DNA of 55,154 nt, counting the filler, from Bipalium vagum (taxonomy: Eukaryota): NCBI GenBank assembly GCA_037834085.1. It is 3 parts of 3 records of this genome, joined end to end, with 100 filler letters (N's around TTAATTAATTAA, not from the genome) between each part and the next. Parts side by side here need not be neighbours in the genome. Positions count along the whole stretch, not along the records: positions 1 to 18,333 come from JBBMKC010032355.1; positions 18,434 to 37,317 come from JBBMKC010016475.1; 1 more part is not named here. The stretch is one strand, 5' to 3'. Below, one piece after another: positions 14,761 to 27,626 of the stretch (its first letter is position 1; each line of letters opens with the position of its first letter). The notes under the pieces are model-generated. The model made no database searches, was not told the DNA's origin, and was given only the letters and a program-made list of their open reading frames with translations. A program made the translations under genes and the position numbers.

Positions 14761-16081
14761 TTACAATTTATAATTTATTGATCCATCTGAAGATCGATGT
14801 TGTTTTAGAGACCTTTCAGGTTCGGCGCCCGTTGAATTTCTCCGTTCAAAATTGGGAACTGTGAAAATTCTTGACAGCTCCCTTCCTTTGGTGTGGGTTT
14901 TTACGTGTCTCGATTTCTCATCGGAACGAGCGAACGTTTTCTGACAGATGTCACACTCAAACGGTCTCTCTCCTGTATGGGTTCTGCGATGGGTCTTTAA
15001 GTGATCACTGCGTGCGAATTTCTTGAAACAAAATTCACATGTATATGGTTTGATTCCGGAATGAACTCGCGAATGGCGATTCAACTCGTCAGATCGATTG
15101 AATTTCCGATTACACGATTCATGTGTACATATGAATTGCTTTTTCGGCTTCAAAACCGATTCAATTTCTGGACAGTCACCGGGATCGGGATTAGAAACTG
15201 ACTTCGACGTACCGGGATTATTACCGTCCCAGGAATGGAAATGTAACAATTGAAAATCGCTTATTTCCATTGATTTTGCTGGATAGTTTTTCAATCCACC
15301 GGTATCAATGTTAACATGCTCATTATGTATGATGGGTAAGATGTCATCCAAACAGATACTGGAGAATTGGGAAGAATATCCTCCGTTAAACGTATTGGTT
15401 TTCAATTGAAAATGGGAGCTGCCAAGAGAAAGCTGTCTGTACTCTGAATCTTTGATTTTTCTTATCCCGATTTCTGAATGACAAAAGAAAATGAAAGAAA
15501 TTTTGTTTCGACCAAAAAAGGAAAGGAAGCTTCAATTGTCAAATTAAAAATTCTATAGAATCATAAATAAATGGAATAAATCCACGCGGCAATCCCACCT
15601 ACACATGAATCAGCAACACCAAACAAAATTAGTTCAGTATTCACTACTTCGCTGATTTGTGAGTAGTGAACATTGCCGATGACTGTGACTCCGAAATGAT
15701 TGTCGTAGACAAAAATTAATAACAGTGCATTCTGTTCTTTATTTTAATAAATCTTGATAATTAAAAAACATTCTCTCAAACAAAAGGCAAAAAACACGTT
15801 ATATTTCCCTTACCAGCGTCAGATGAATAAGTTTTGTTATCAAAGTCGAAATATTGGTTTTGACATTCCAGCTGATTTGGCACATTGTCTTCTTCATCAA
15901 AGCGCATCGGAGTTCCAATACTGTCCACGCTACATTGATTGTCGAAAAATCCAAAACTATTGCTGGGAGGTGTTAATCCGGTTGTCACGTTGTCCAATTC
16001 CGTTCCATCAAGCCGATCCGTTCCAACCAAAGCGATCAATTGTTTTGGATCAACATCACTTGCGCAATTATGTGAACTCAT
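14761..16081 (-). CDS. egr: EGR-family (early growth response) C2H2 zinc-finger transcription factor, 2 exons (16081-15814, 15473-14761), 326 aa
   Basis: Three C2H2 fingers with EGR recognition helices RSDELNR / RSDHLKT / RSDEKSR and linkers HSGIKPY, HTGERPF. Donor G|GTAAGG (15813) and acceptor ttcag|AA (15473) join in phase 1 and keep the frame open to TAA. The paralogue cannot be assigned. Confidence 0.92.
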
Positions 16082-16420
16082 TTTGATGAATAACCCGGTG
16101 AAAGTTTTAATTCGTACTGCTTATTGGTAACCACATTCATAAAATATAATGTAGTATTTGTTACTATTTTAAGAACGTTATTGACTTAATTAAGACAAAT
16201 AATTTCACAATAATGCGTTGAGAAGACCAATCGTTTTGCAAGATGTCATTTCTCAGGAACCAATCAGATTGAGGCTTGAAAAATACTTGAAAAATTAGGC
16301 GTGTGTACTAAAATCTATTTCATGTTCTCTATGTTAAAATAAATCGTTAAATAAAATAAAATAAAATAAAAAAAAGCCCATTAATGATGATAATGTTTAT
16401 TTATATGGTAATTTCAATCA

Positions 16421-16900
16421 TTATAATGGTTTAACTTTACATGTTGAACAAGCAGGTTTATTAAGATAGCTGTCTCGCAGCATAACCCACGGAGTGTTTT
16501 CGAGAGTTGCATTATCAACTTGACAGTCATTGCAAACTGGCTTCGGAAAATGTTTGATATCCGGCACGGCTAGATGAGGTTGTGATGGAATCATCAGTCC
16601 TCCACCCTTTAGATTGATATCTGTGCATTCATCCCGATATTCTCGAAAGTTGGAATGATAGTCTGGAATCCGCCAAAACGCTTTGGGGCTTTTGAGAATA
16701 CTGTCATCGAGTAAGTTTTGCTTTCGAATTATTTTATTGTAGATCTCTGCTGGTCCCGGAACTCGGTTGGCAGGCATTTCATAAAATGAACAGAATGTTT
16801 GACAAGTGGGAAATCTATTATCACAATGCATTCCATTATATCCTAGTGGACCTTCCGTGTGGCGATCATCCCAATGAACCGACGTAAGAGGGTGATTCAT
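16421..16900 (-). CDS. Single-exon 159-aa protein of unknown function (Cys pairs CNDC, CSTC)
   Basis: ATG-initiated ORF with coding-like GC content inside very AT-rich flanks. AATAAA lies ~20 nt after the stop. No family recognised. Confidence 0.65.
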   Translation of the reverse strand: MNHPLTSVHWDDRHTEGPLGYNGMHCDNRFPTCQTFCSFYEMPANRVPGPAEIYNKIIRKQNLLDDSILKSPKAFWRIPDYHSNFREYRDECTDINLKGGGLMIPSQPHLAVPDIKHFPKPVCNDCQVDNATLENTPWVMLRDSYLNKPACSTCKVKPL

Positions 16901-17311
16901 GTTTCAGAATTTAAAATTATGATCAATAAATCAATAATAAAATCAAAATCATCCATAAACGTTTAATATTATTTTTCTGAAAATTTAAATGAAAATTATT
17001 TTACGTAGATTTTCTGAAAACCTTTGGTTTGGCTTTTAATAAAAATTTAAAAATTGAATATTTTAGATCAAAAAATTTCAAAAAAAATTAAAAAAAATAT
17101 TTTTTAGTTTAAATTCAAAAAATTTATATTTCTTATTTTTTAATTTCATGCCAAAATTAAAAAAGTTAAAGAAATGAAAAAAAAATGTCAAAATGTTTGA
17201 AATTTGATCCCATAATAAAATTTTCTATTTTCCGAAAATCCTGAAATTTTTGCTTTCTATGAACCCATGCTCTCTGGCTTGTCAAGAATGCTAACATATC
17301 ACCTGATTGTC

Positions 17312-17548
17312 TTAAGGATTTACCATCGTTTGATACTTTTGACAGTCAGAATTGATCATCGATGAGTTTTTGCCGGTTGCTGTTCCTGGTTGATGAATAG
17401 GATATCTCTTTGATATTGGCACCAGACTTTGTGCTTCAATAGCGTGGATGTTAGTTATTAGATCGGAGCCGCTAGCCACTTCATGGATTGGTGTCGACGT
17501 ACTTCGTCGATTGGTCGACCGGATTGGAAAGTTTATTGATAACATTTC
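17312..17548 (-). CDS. Probable terminal exon of an unidentified gene
   Basis: GC-richer open frame (EMLSINFPIRSTNRRSTSTP...TMVNP*) preceded by acceptor accag|GAA. Upstream exons are uncertain and an assembly spacer lies 0.8 kb upstream. Confidence 0.4.
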   Translation of the reverse strand, partial: EMLSINFPIRSTNRRSTSTPIHEVASGSDLITNIHAIEAQSLVPISKRYPIHQPGTATGKNSSMINSDCQKYQTMVNP

Positions 17549-18333
17549 CTGGTCATCAGGAAGTTATTATTATACATTTTGCATTGACAGTTATAAATAT
17601 TTTACCCTTTTATATAAAGTCCACGATACAAAGATGGTTACATGTATATATCGTGGACTCACAAATCTATAAAATCTAAAACGTTAATACTAGAAATTTT
17701 ATCTATTTGATAATATCTGAAATTTAATTCTCCATCTGCTGATATGATTTTTATTTTGATCCAATCATTATTTCCGATTGATTTATTGATTTTTTATATC
17801 TCAAAAAGTAAATCGATAACATTTTTTATTTTATGATAATTATAATCATACGATTCCCTATCTTTCGTCACTTTCAACTAATTTTCAATTTACCTAACAA
17901 TAACAATAATAATAAATAACAATAGTAAAAATAAATAATAATATATATAATAATATATATATATATATAATAAAATAAATAATAGTAATAATATCAGACA
18001 TAGTTTTAAAATATAATAATGTATTAAAACATAATAATAATATTCAAAAATATTTTCAATATTTAATATTTCTATATAAAATTCCACAAAATTTTTAATT
18101 ACATGTAAAAATTTTAAACTAAACTTTTTAAAAAATTTAAATATTGATATTTAATTTAATATTAAATATAATATTTGGCACTTTATAAAATTTTTTCCAT
18201 ATTCCTTTTAATTGTATTTCCTTCTTTATTTTCGGTTAACAGTGCATGGTCTTTTAAATTAAAATTTCTTTAATTTATTTACAAATATTGGATTTAAAAT
18301 GTTTGTTAGAAAAACTTATTCAAAAATCATTTT

Positions 18334-18433
18334 NNNNNNNNNNNNNNNNNNNNNNNNNNNNNNNNNNNNNNNNNNNNTTAATTAATTAANNNNNNNNNNN
18401 NNNNNNNNNNNNNNNNNNNNNNNNNNNNNNNNN
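18334..18433. other. Artificial contig-join spacer N44-TTAATTAATTAA-N44
   Basis: Exactly 100 bp with a six-frame-stop 12-mer at the centre. An identical copy lies at 37318. Confidence 0.95.
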
Positions 18434-20319
18434 TTTTTTATTTTAATTATATTTTATTATTATGAATTATTATGTATTATAGTATTATTTATTATTAGTT
18501 TTTATTATTATATTTATTATTATAATTATTATTTATTGATATTATAAAATTGTTGTATAATTTTTTATTATTATTACTTTATTGATTACATTTTAAAAAT
18601 CATGTATAATTGATAATCAGTTGATTTGTGTTATCCAATAGTAATTTTCTACCTTTTGTCTATATATATTATCTAAATCGAGACTCTGTTGTGTTTGGGT
18701 TTTTCGTGTTTTTTGTTGATTCAAATGGCAAAGTTTTATTATTACCTTTGTTACCGAATTTCTCTAGTTATTATTATATTTATTTGTATATACATTGCAA
18801 TTTTGTGTCATTGATTTGTTGGTTTTATGGATTTTTAATTGTCAATTTATGAATCAATTCTCAAATTGATCGGTCACAATTTTTCGATTATAAATTAATT
18901 ATTGATTTATCAATTAATTATCGATTTATTGATTGATTGTGTTAAAATAGTGAATGTTAATTAATTTATGGATTTGTTTTATCCATATATACATATATAT
19001 TTTTTGTGCATTATCATTCCATGTTTGTTCATTTACGTTATTATATTACTATTATTACTATTACTATTACTATTTAATATTAAATTGAGTTTTTTATTTG
19101 AATTGATTTATTGGAGTTGATATTATTGATGGTCTTGAATGTTTTTTTATTTTCATAATCTCTCATTGTTTTACAAGATTCCGTTACGATTTGATTTTTT
19201 TTCAAAATTGATTTAAACAGTCTTTCTCTCATTTCGATGAAAAGATTGCGAAAGCAGTGGACGGAAACCATTGTACACATTAGAGGGAGGGAGATTGGGG
19301 TTTTAATATGTTTCAACGAGAAGGGTTCGGTTTATATTTTGACTGTATTGATAATCGACAGAAAGAATCGAAATGTTCTTTTAAATCAGCATAACATTTA
19401 AAATAAACCGATTTTACAAATTCAGGAAATGTTTAAACATAGATGAAAGTTTAGATCATTTTGAACATTGATTTACTGAATTAAAGATGTAAATAATTTA
19501 TGAAGTGTTTCACAGAAATAGGTAACGGTTGGAGTATTTTCATAGGTACAGAAAGTACAATTTGATTCTTTGTTTGAAAGATTGTTGAAATATTGGAAAA
19601 ATTGAGGGTAATGTTTTCATCAGGATTTTGTCTACCTATGCTTACTTAGGCTTCATTATTAAGAGATTATGTTATTGAATTGTTTGACAATGGTTGCAAT
19701 ATCGGATAAGAATTTGGAACCATAGCGAAGCTCAAATCAATTTTATTTCTTGGATAATAATTTTAATAATCGGTTGGACTCCTCTTAGTCGTTGTTAAAT
19801 TATTGAATTTTACTTGAAAATGTCATTATATTACATTGGAGATATTTTAGTAGGTAAAAAAACCTAAATTCTAATGGTGAAGGATGTGGGTTAACCCTCC
19901 ATCTTAAACAAGACTAAGTAATATTTATTTTTAGAATAAATGTATTGATCGTTTAAAAAATATTTTAAAATTTATGATCAGGGTTGAGAATTATTAATAT
20001 TTCACGAGCAGAAGAATTTTACGTTAGGAAATGTTCTTTTAAAGATTTAATTTGCCCATGTTCAGTGGCTCCATGAATTATTACCGCAGTGAAAGTGACG
20101 GTTTGTTAAGAAATGTAGGAAACATTTAAAATATATGATGTACGTATACATAGCAAACTGCATACAGTAAAATATTTTTATAATTTTACTTGTGTACATA
20201 ATATCAAAAATATAATAATCCGTTAATTATTCGTGTTCCATATAATCTTGATTGATACATAATAATAAGTAAAAGAAATTAATGTCACATTGAATAATAA
20301 GTGCAAAATTAGAGATTTC

Positions 20320-20670
20320 TTAAATGAGAAAGGAACTCAATTTATTACAGTACATGGAATAGGAAAAGTTACACTCACTTTAAAAAGGTTATTATTCCCT
20401 TTTATTGAAAAGTAGGAAAGTGAAATCTTATCACTATTATGCAACGTACAGGTAGTCATCATTTTAAATATTAGAGACAAATATCTAATATTACGAAACG
20501 TTAAATAAAAATCCATTCTTAAGTGCACAAAGTATAGAAAATGATATCTTTCTCTATAAAAGAATTGTAGGATCTGAGACTGTGAGAAAATCTATCAATA
20601 TTAGAAACTGTGGTATCAATGGTTCAGTTGCGAGAAAAAACATCATATATTAGTGAAAAAATCCATAATG
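20320..20670 (+). mobile_element. Tc1-like transposase HTH fragment
   Basis: SETVRK..RNCGINGSVARKK resembles Tc1 S.ETVRR.L...G.NGRVARKKP. Confidence 0.5.
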
Positions 20671-20949
20671 CAATAGAAAATTTTTTATTCTAGCTCCAAA
20701 AGCATCTGAGAAAACAAAATTTTAAGTAAAATAATCTAAATATTGTCTTAGAAAGAGTGTGGTATAGTATATTAAAATCATATATTCAAGGGTTGATTGC
20801 TCAAGCCCGAGACGCGTGCAAGCTTTATTATAGATATGCAACGAACTATTGATCCTGTTGGTTTCAGTGTTTCCTTTATAATATTGTAACGGTACTTTAT
20901 TGATAGCTGTTTTCTTAATTTTAGTATGAGATACATATTAATAAAGGTA

Positions 20950-22230
20950 CAGTCTACTCTCTACGTTTAACCACCTCTAATCTTTTCCTATAAATAAAAA
21001 ATCATACACATTTTTAAGGTTTTATTCTAATTTTTACCACTTTTATATCACATTTTTAAATATTTGTTTTAATAATATCGAAATTTTATAGTGGGTTTGA
21101 GTAAAAATCTATTTATTTCTAAATTTTAATAAATTTATTTTTTAGTCTAATAATGAAAACCAAAATCATATCTTTAAAAGAAAAAATAAAAATATTAGAA
21201 TAATTTAAGAAAATGTCTAGTATAAAGATAATGAAATGAAAATTAGAGAAGCCTTTTCATCCAATGATAAATTGAAATCCATTCCAAAAAATATTAAATT
21301 TAAAGAAATTGATTGCAGATTAAAGGAATGGATTGATATGGTCGAAATCGGTGGAGGGATTTATACCCATGCTATATTACAAACAAAAGCATTAAAAATA
21401 TACTCAGACATTAACGTTTCTGTTGAGATTGCTGATAATTCAGAACTGGTATTTAAGGCATCAAATGGATGGTTACAAAAATTTTAAAATAATCAAATAG
21501 ATTTATTGAAATTTTTTTTCAATTTTTTAAAGCAAAATATTATCATCATCTTCAATCATATATTGTCAATAAAATAACACCAGAAAACATGTTGAATGGT
21601 TGTTTAAAGAAATAACTCTGAAAGATGCTATTATTTACCTGTCATATGGTTGGAAAGAATTTCTCAATCAACAATTGTAAATTGTTGGGCGAAAACAGGA
21701 TTGGTAAAATCAAAAGAAACTATTGAAAATCTGGAAAGTGATAACCTTGAATTAATACAGAGATTAGAAATTATCGATCCAATTAATCAAAAAGAAATGA
21801 TTGAGTTGGATTTAAAACCACAAGACCACTTTGTGATCCAATTTTATGTTTAGATGATAATGATTTAGTTGAAGAAATAGAAACTAATGAAGACAAGAAT
21901 GAAGTAATTACAAAATTAAGTTTGCAAACAGTTTTGAATTATTTTCATGAATTAAAATCATACGTAGTAAGTTTAGATAATCTTACAAATGATGAATTTG
22001 TTTCCCTAATGAATATTGAAAAACTCATTAATAAGCAAACGTTATACAGCAAGCAGAAGACAATTATGCATTTTTTTTCGAACCAATGAAAAAATTGTAT
22101 TATAAATAAATATTTATGGATTTTTAAAGAATTTTGATTTCTTTATTAGTGTGTCATATTTATTATGTAATCATTTCCCATCTAATTTTTTCAAGGTTCC
22201 CCATTGTGGTAAATATTAGAGGGTAGACTG
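20950..22230 (+). mobile_element. Internally deleted pogo/Tigger DNA transposon with TIRs and TA TSD
   Basis: Left TA|CAGTCTACTCTCTACGTTTAACCAC pairs with right GTGGTAAATATTAGAGGGTAGACTG|TA. Encodes a CENP-B HTH (EIDCRLKEWI...FKASNGWLQKF) and a DDE_1 C-terminal piece (W.RISQSTIVNCWAKTG). Confidence 0.9.
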
Positions 22231-22980
22231 TATTTAGTTTTTTGTCCAAGTTCTGCTTTTTATTAGAAATGTAAATGTTTACATTACATTAAAGTTGTTT
22301 ATCAAAGACCTTTTCGGAAATATGGCAATTTTAATGCGGTACGAATGCTTGAAATATACTCTATTTATCTTCGCTTAATCTTGAGAAAATAATCTTCATA
22401 AAACACCCACCCAATGGTTAAAAATTCACAATCAATAAGAGAAATGAGTAAAAAGGGACATTATCAAGAAATATTAGATTAAGAATGGCGTCATAATATC
22501 AGAAGTCAAATTACGCTGACAATTATTGCAGAATCAGTTCCGATTCTAATGACCCGGTAGACTGAGTTAGAATCCAAATCTATTTCGATCTCTTTGAAAA
22601 CATATCCTAATGAACACCGAAAAACAAGGCCACAATCACATTAAGAATAACCTGAAAATTATCGATAATTTGTTTAACACAAAATCTGGTAAAAAATGTA
22701 TTTGTCGATACGAACCACTTCAAAATATTTCCTGAGGGACACACTTCATCAAGATGATTTTATCGGGAATTTTCCATAAAATATTGATGTATTGATTGTG
22801 TAATATCAAAATATTAACAACAGAACTCATATATTTAATTTGGCATGCTTGTTTTTTTCCAAAAATATAAACATTCATCGTGCAAGTTGACATGGAATAA
22901 AATTTTACATTTTTTTTAAAATAAATTTCTGAGATCACAAATTTTACTCTAACCACAACCACTTTTTTATCAGTCGAATA

Positions 22981-23202
22981 TTATTGATTCTTTTTCACAC
23001 TGTTCTTTTTGCGACTAGCACTGAAATCATCGACATCGTGAATTTTTATATAATGAGACAAAACGTAGGCACCAACAAATGTGGCAACTGTCAAAACAGC
23101 AAAAAATATATAAAACGACTCTTCATCAAACACATCTGTAAATGCTGGAATATACGATGAAGCTTTACTAACAAACTGTTCGGAAAGCCTTTGTTTGCGT
23201 TC
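22981..23202 (-). CDS. Terminal exon of a small single-pass membrane protein
   Basis: Acceptor tttttcttccag|GAA opens 73 codons: ERKQRLSEQFVSKASSYIPAFTDVFDEESFYIFFAVLTVATFVGAYVLSHYIKIHDVDDFSASRKKNSVKKNQ*. It has one hydrophobic helix. The IPAFTD.F.EE.FY motif recalls an uncharacterised invertebrate microprotein family. First exon not identified. Absent from the ORF track. Confidence 0.75.
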   Translation of the reverse strand, partial: ERKQRLSEQFVSKASSYIPAFTDVFDEESFYIFFAVLTVATFVGAYVLSHYIKIHDVDDFSASRKKNSVKKNQ

Positions 23203-23744
23203 CTGGAAGAAAAATTGTGTTAATCTATAAGTTAAATATGAGAAATCAATAAATTGAAAAATTGATCATTATTTATTAAACATTTTGTAATCAATAATTT
23301 ATCAATAGCACAAGAAATTATTTATTAAAACAAATCGTGAATTTTGTTATTTTCTAGAAAAATGTCATTTAAAGGCTGATCTGAGAAATTTAAAGAATTT
23401 TTTACATTAAATAATTTTTTTCCGACTTTTAAGACACTCATAAAATTATTATTTTATTATTTTAATTTTTACAATTAAATTTGAAAGGTAAATAATAAAG
23501 TAATAATAATGAAAGGTAAAGAAGGACGATAAATTGTAATTTAACTATTTCAAAAAAGATAAATTTGACAAAGAATAGAGTAATACATGCTCCAATGTAT
23601 ACTAAAAATATATAATTAAAATATAGTACAATACGGTGTTTCATAATTAGCACAAAACTCTAAACTTATTTTAAGAAGTCAGAGTAGTGACCAATAATAT
23701 TTTTTCACATACAATAACAAATGAACAGGGGGATTTAACCTTAT

Positions 23745-25060
23745 GTTATAATAGGTGTTCAATCAACTCACCGTCTTCCTGCACAACATGTTGAAAACGA
23801 AATGACAAATTTGATAGTATAGTTCATATTTCTTCATATGTGACTTTATCACAATCCTGTGTACGCATTTTTAAATGTTGCGCTAATTATAAAATATCTT
23901 GTATAATGATAATTATTATGATAATAATAATGATAATAACAATGGTAACAAATATAAAATTAGTATAGAGAAAAATATATTTTCAGTATTTTATTTTTCC
24001 AAGATGCGCTTTTTCCTCAGCTTATTTCCAAATGGACTTAAAGACATATTTTTTCATCATGGACAATTTTCCTAATTAGACCTGAAAACTTTCGGAGTCC
24101 CTGCTGGGCGGCAGCAGAGAAGGAGTGATTTTGTCCTCAGTATAGGCTGCTACTATGTTTGGATCAAAGAAATATCTGATAGAGTTTCTATTGGCTGTCG
24201 TATGACATAAATACGGTCCTCATAAAGATAATAGAAAAGTAATGCAGATCTGTTTAGCAACAAATTTAAATGTAATCTAAGTGTGAATATTTTAATATTT
24301 CAGGTAACCTGAAAGTAATTTGAAAAATCAACTTGGCAACTTGGTAACTTGGTCATTTTGACAGCAACTTAAAGACAGAAGATCAACTCTTAAAGATAAT
24401 CATAGATTCTGATTAGTTATATCCACATTCCATTGTGTTTGAATGACTGTCATTCCATATCGATGGGTATCATACTTTTAAAGAAAGTCAACTGTCTGGT
24501 GGAAAAAATTCTAATTATCGCATAACAGTTTTGATCTGTGCTAACATGAGTGGTGAAAAATACCTTCTTTTGGTGATTTGTATATCAAAAAACCCACACT
24601 GTTTTCCTGAATTTTCTATTTATTACCATAATAATGGTAATGCATGGATAACTTCTGATTTGATTTTCTTTTCCTCACAAAACTCCACTCGCTTGTCAAA
24701 ATTATCTTCTGTCAGCGGCTGAATCAATCTGTGAATGTAAGGCTTAAAATGCACTCTTCGTCGTTTTACGGCCTATTTCATATAAATCATTGCATTCATT
24801 GAAAAGCAGCATCAGTGTTTGGTTTTTCTTGCAACAGCTGTTTAATCTTTTTGTCCAAAAATTTCCAACTCCAGTTTGGTTGATGTCCACCTTTTGGTGC
24901 ATCCACGACACTCCTAGTTTTGAGAAATTTGTTAAAGATTGCGTGATCATTGGTCAACTTTGTGGATCATTATTCATTTGCTGTTTATGTTCTTTGAATT
25001 TTATGGGTTTGTAAAATTTGTATTTCAATTCAACGATTTTCCTCGCTCTTTAATACCATG
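23745..25060 (-). mobile_element. Fragmented Tc1/mariner (DUF4817-type HTH) element
   Basis: IFNKFLKTRSVVDAPKGG (~24900), PYIHRLIQPLTEDNFDKRVEFCE (~24670-24740) and the C-terminal LSFRFQHVVQEDGELIEHLL* (~23750-23870) lie in collinear order, interrupted by other sequence. Confidence 0.7.
24480..24660 (+). mobile_element. pogo/Tigger DDE_1 fragment nested in the DUF4817-type element
   Basis: GGKNSNYRITVLICANMSGEKYLLLVICISKNPHCF...NGNAWITS matches Tigger GGK.SK.RITV..CAN.SG.EK..LLVIGKSK.PRCF...N.KAWMTS. Confidence 0.8.
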
Positions 25061-25106
25061 TCTGTATTTGCACATTAATCTGTGCATAATCTAGAATGAA
25101 AATAAT

Positions 25107-26000
25107 TACTAGGTGATGCAAAAGTTCGTACCTAAAATATTTCTTAAAGAAATTTTACATTCCAAATAAATTTTTGCCGTTACTTTCAAAATTTAATAGG
25201 GACATCATTTTATCTTTAAAATGTAGAATTTTATTTAAGTAGCAATTTATCATTTGTTTAAATATTGAATTATTGACTATTAGTTTTTGATTTTCAATAA
25301 ATATTTTTTTTCAAATCTTGTGATTAAGATGACTTCTACAAAAATTGAGATAAGAGTGTTGTTACGCCACTATTGGAAAGAAGACTTGAGAACGAGGGAT
25401 GCTTGCAAGGGGATATGCGAGTTTGAAAGTGAAGAAATTGCTGCTCAGAGGACTGCTGCTAAGCAATTCAAGCGCCTCAATAATGAAGATTTGAACCTTG
25501 AAGACAAGTCACATTTAGGTCGATCTTCTCTGCAAGTAGATGATGAATTGATTACAGCCTTGAAAAACAATCCTTCTTCAGATTCATACGATTTAGCTGT
25601 AAATGTTGGTGTACATCAAACAACTGTCCTGAGATATTTTCATCATCATAAAAACCACGACAAGATGCACACTACTTATGTGATGAGCAAGAGAGCAACA
25701 TAGTTGATATTTGCAAAATGATGCTTGAGAACCGTTAGTTCTAGCTGTGTGTCTGGTGTAATTTTGAAGGAATTCATCATTATGAACTGGTTTCAAACGG
25801 TAAAGCCATAAATGCAGAGCTTGTTTATGATGCACTTCAGCTAAAGTATCCTGTCCTTTTTCGTCGAAAGCGAGCATTGTTTCATCAGGACAATGCCAAG
25901 CCACAGATTGCTCGGACAACCAAAAAAATTGAAAACTTAGTAGTTGAGATCCTGCCTCATCCTTATTACAGTCCTGTGGCTGCACCATTTTATTATAATA
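25107..26000 (+). mobile_element. mariner element remnant
   Basis: HTH MTSTKIEIRVLLRHYWK...FKRLNNEDLNLEDKSHLGR, then LFHQDNAKP and LPHPYYSP. TIR-like TACTAGGTGATGCAAAAGTTCG at the 5' end. Confidence 0.8.
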
Positions 26001-26877
26001 TATTATGTTTAATTTGAACATTTAAAACAAAAACAATCGTTATTTGTTATTTGGAGAGGCTACATTCGATATTTGAAGAAAACGATATTATTATAGGTAT
26101 ATTATGAACTTTTCCTGGAGATTGTTCTATCGCAAAATTCTTGTAATGTATTTTCTTTCATTATCTGTTTTTTTATTGATAACAATTTTTTCTTTTATTT
26201 ATAAATTTAACATAATTATTGATGAATTGATTTTTGGTTATTATCTTTGACATATTACATTTGACTGTTGTTTTTTGTTCGAATGTAATTATTGAACCAT
26301 TTTGTACTTGGGGATATAAATACACGTTATTGCTTTACTGATTGTTGGAAATTGCACCACCTAACAGAAAATAGAGTCAGTTTTAAATTTGAAATATTAC
26401 ATATTGGAACAATATTATAAAACACTACAGTAAGTGGACCTTTCTTTTTTGTTATTTCATGAATTTTAGAAAGATAACAATTATTTTATAGCTTACTGTA
26501 CAATACATAATAAAAGTCACCCAGTGATAATCATGTTGAGGATCTTTTTCGAAGAGAGCTATGCATATTCAAAACTGCGAGAACTTGCACAAAACACACA
26601 ATGGATTTTCCTCATTATAAACGGAATTTAATTTGACACTTTTGGGGGGATTTTAACTTTATATTTTGATCTTTTCGTACTGATATTTTATACCAACAGA
26701 ATTTAATGAAATTCCATGTAGACATGAAGAAATAAATAACTAAATTAAGAATATAATTTCCTAATATAAACTACATGCTTGGATTTACTTTTTGAAAATG
26801 CACAAAAATGCCATCTATTTTTTACTAATAGTTCTAATCAAGTATAAAAACTATAAAGTTACAAATTAAAACAAAAT

Positions 26878-27594
26878 TTAGAAAACATCTTCAAATTTCG
26901 TATAAGTTCCTACTGTTTGAGGAATTTCTCCTTTGTAGTCTGCATGTTTTGCCAAAAACCCCAAGGTTTCGGAAGGTCGTTTCGATTCATTGACTTTAAT
27001 GGATCGGAAAGGATGACCATCCTTATAAAATGTTCTAAACTTTCTATTCCACTTCTCTAAGTTCAAGGTGACGTCCATTAACACAATTTAAAGCTCACCT
27101 GCACATTCATCCAACGAATCCCCCTTACCGCCATATTCCTTCAGCAGGATATTTTCCAGTCCTGGTATCACATTTTTCAATTTTGTTATATCATGTTTAA
27201 GAGAATTTGTCTGAAGGTATTTATAATTTATAATGAATATATATTTCCCAAAATTGCAAAAAAAAATTCAGTCGACAAAAAGTGAAAATTTGTCATCAGA
27301 TCTTAATTTTAAAGTAATTATTATTTTGTGACATTACTATATATTATATGAAGCCAATTTTTTAATATTTGTTATGAAAATTATATACTAGGGTATATCA
27401 AATGTCTTTTTCTATAATGATATCTATATCTCAGTTTACGTATTTCAAATAGATAATAATTAAATCAATACATTTAATATATCATTTAATGGTGTTTTAC
27501 TGCAAAATTTATTTTCATATATAAATCAACGTTTTATTTATTTATAGTTAATATTTGTGAAAAAAGCAAAAATTCGAATCATTTTGTTGGGTTT

Positions 27595-27626
<32 letters not shown>

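Noticed and set aside
17545-17562. CTGATGA...GAAA on the minus strand, hammerhead-like
   Set aside because: Stem II is too short, no stems I/III are present, and the site overlaps a splice acceptor.
17890-18852. Short hydrophobic ORFs (I/L/Y/F-rich) here and elsewhere in the ORF track
   Set aside because: Translations of AT-rich low-complexity DNA, with no splice or composition support.
19040-19900. Possible LINE 3' end (minus-strand CTFC motif plus short repeat tail)
   Set aside because: Only one weak motif in stop-riddled sequence.
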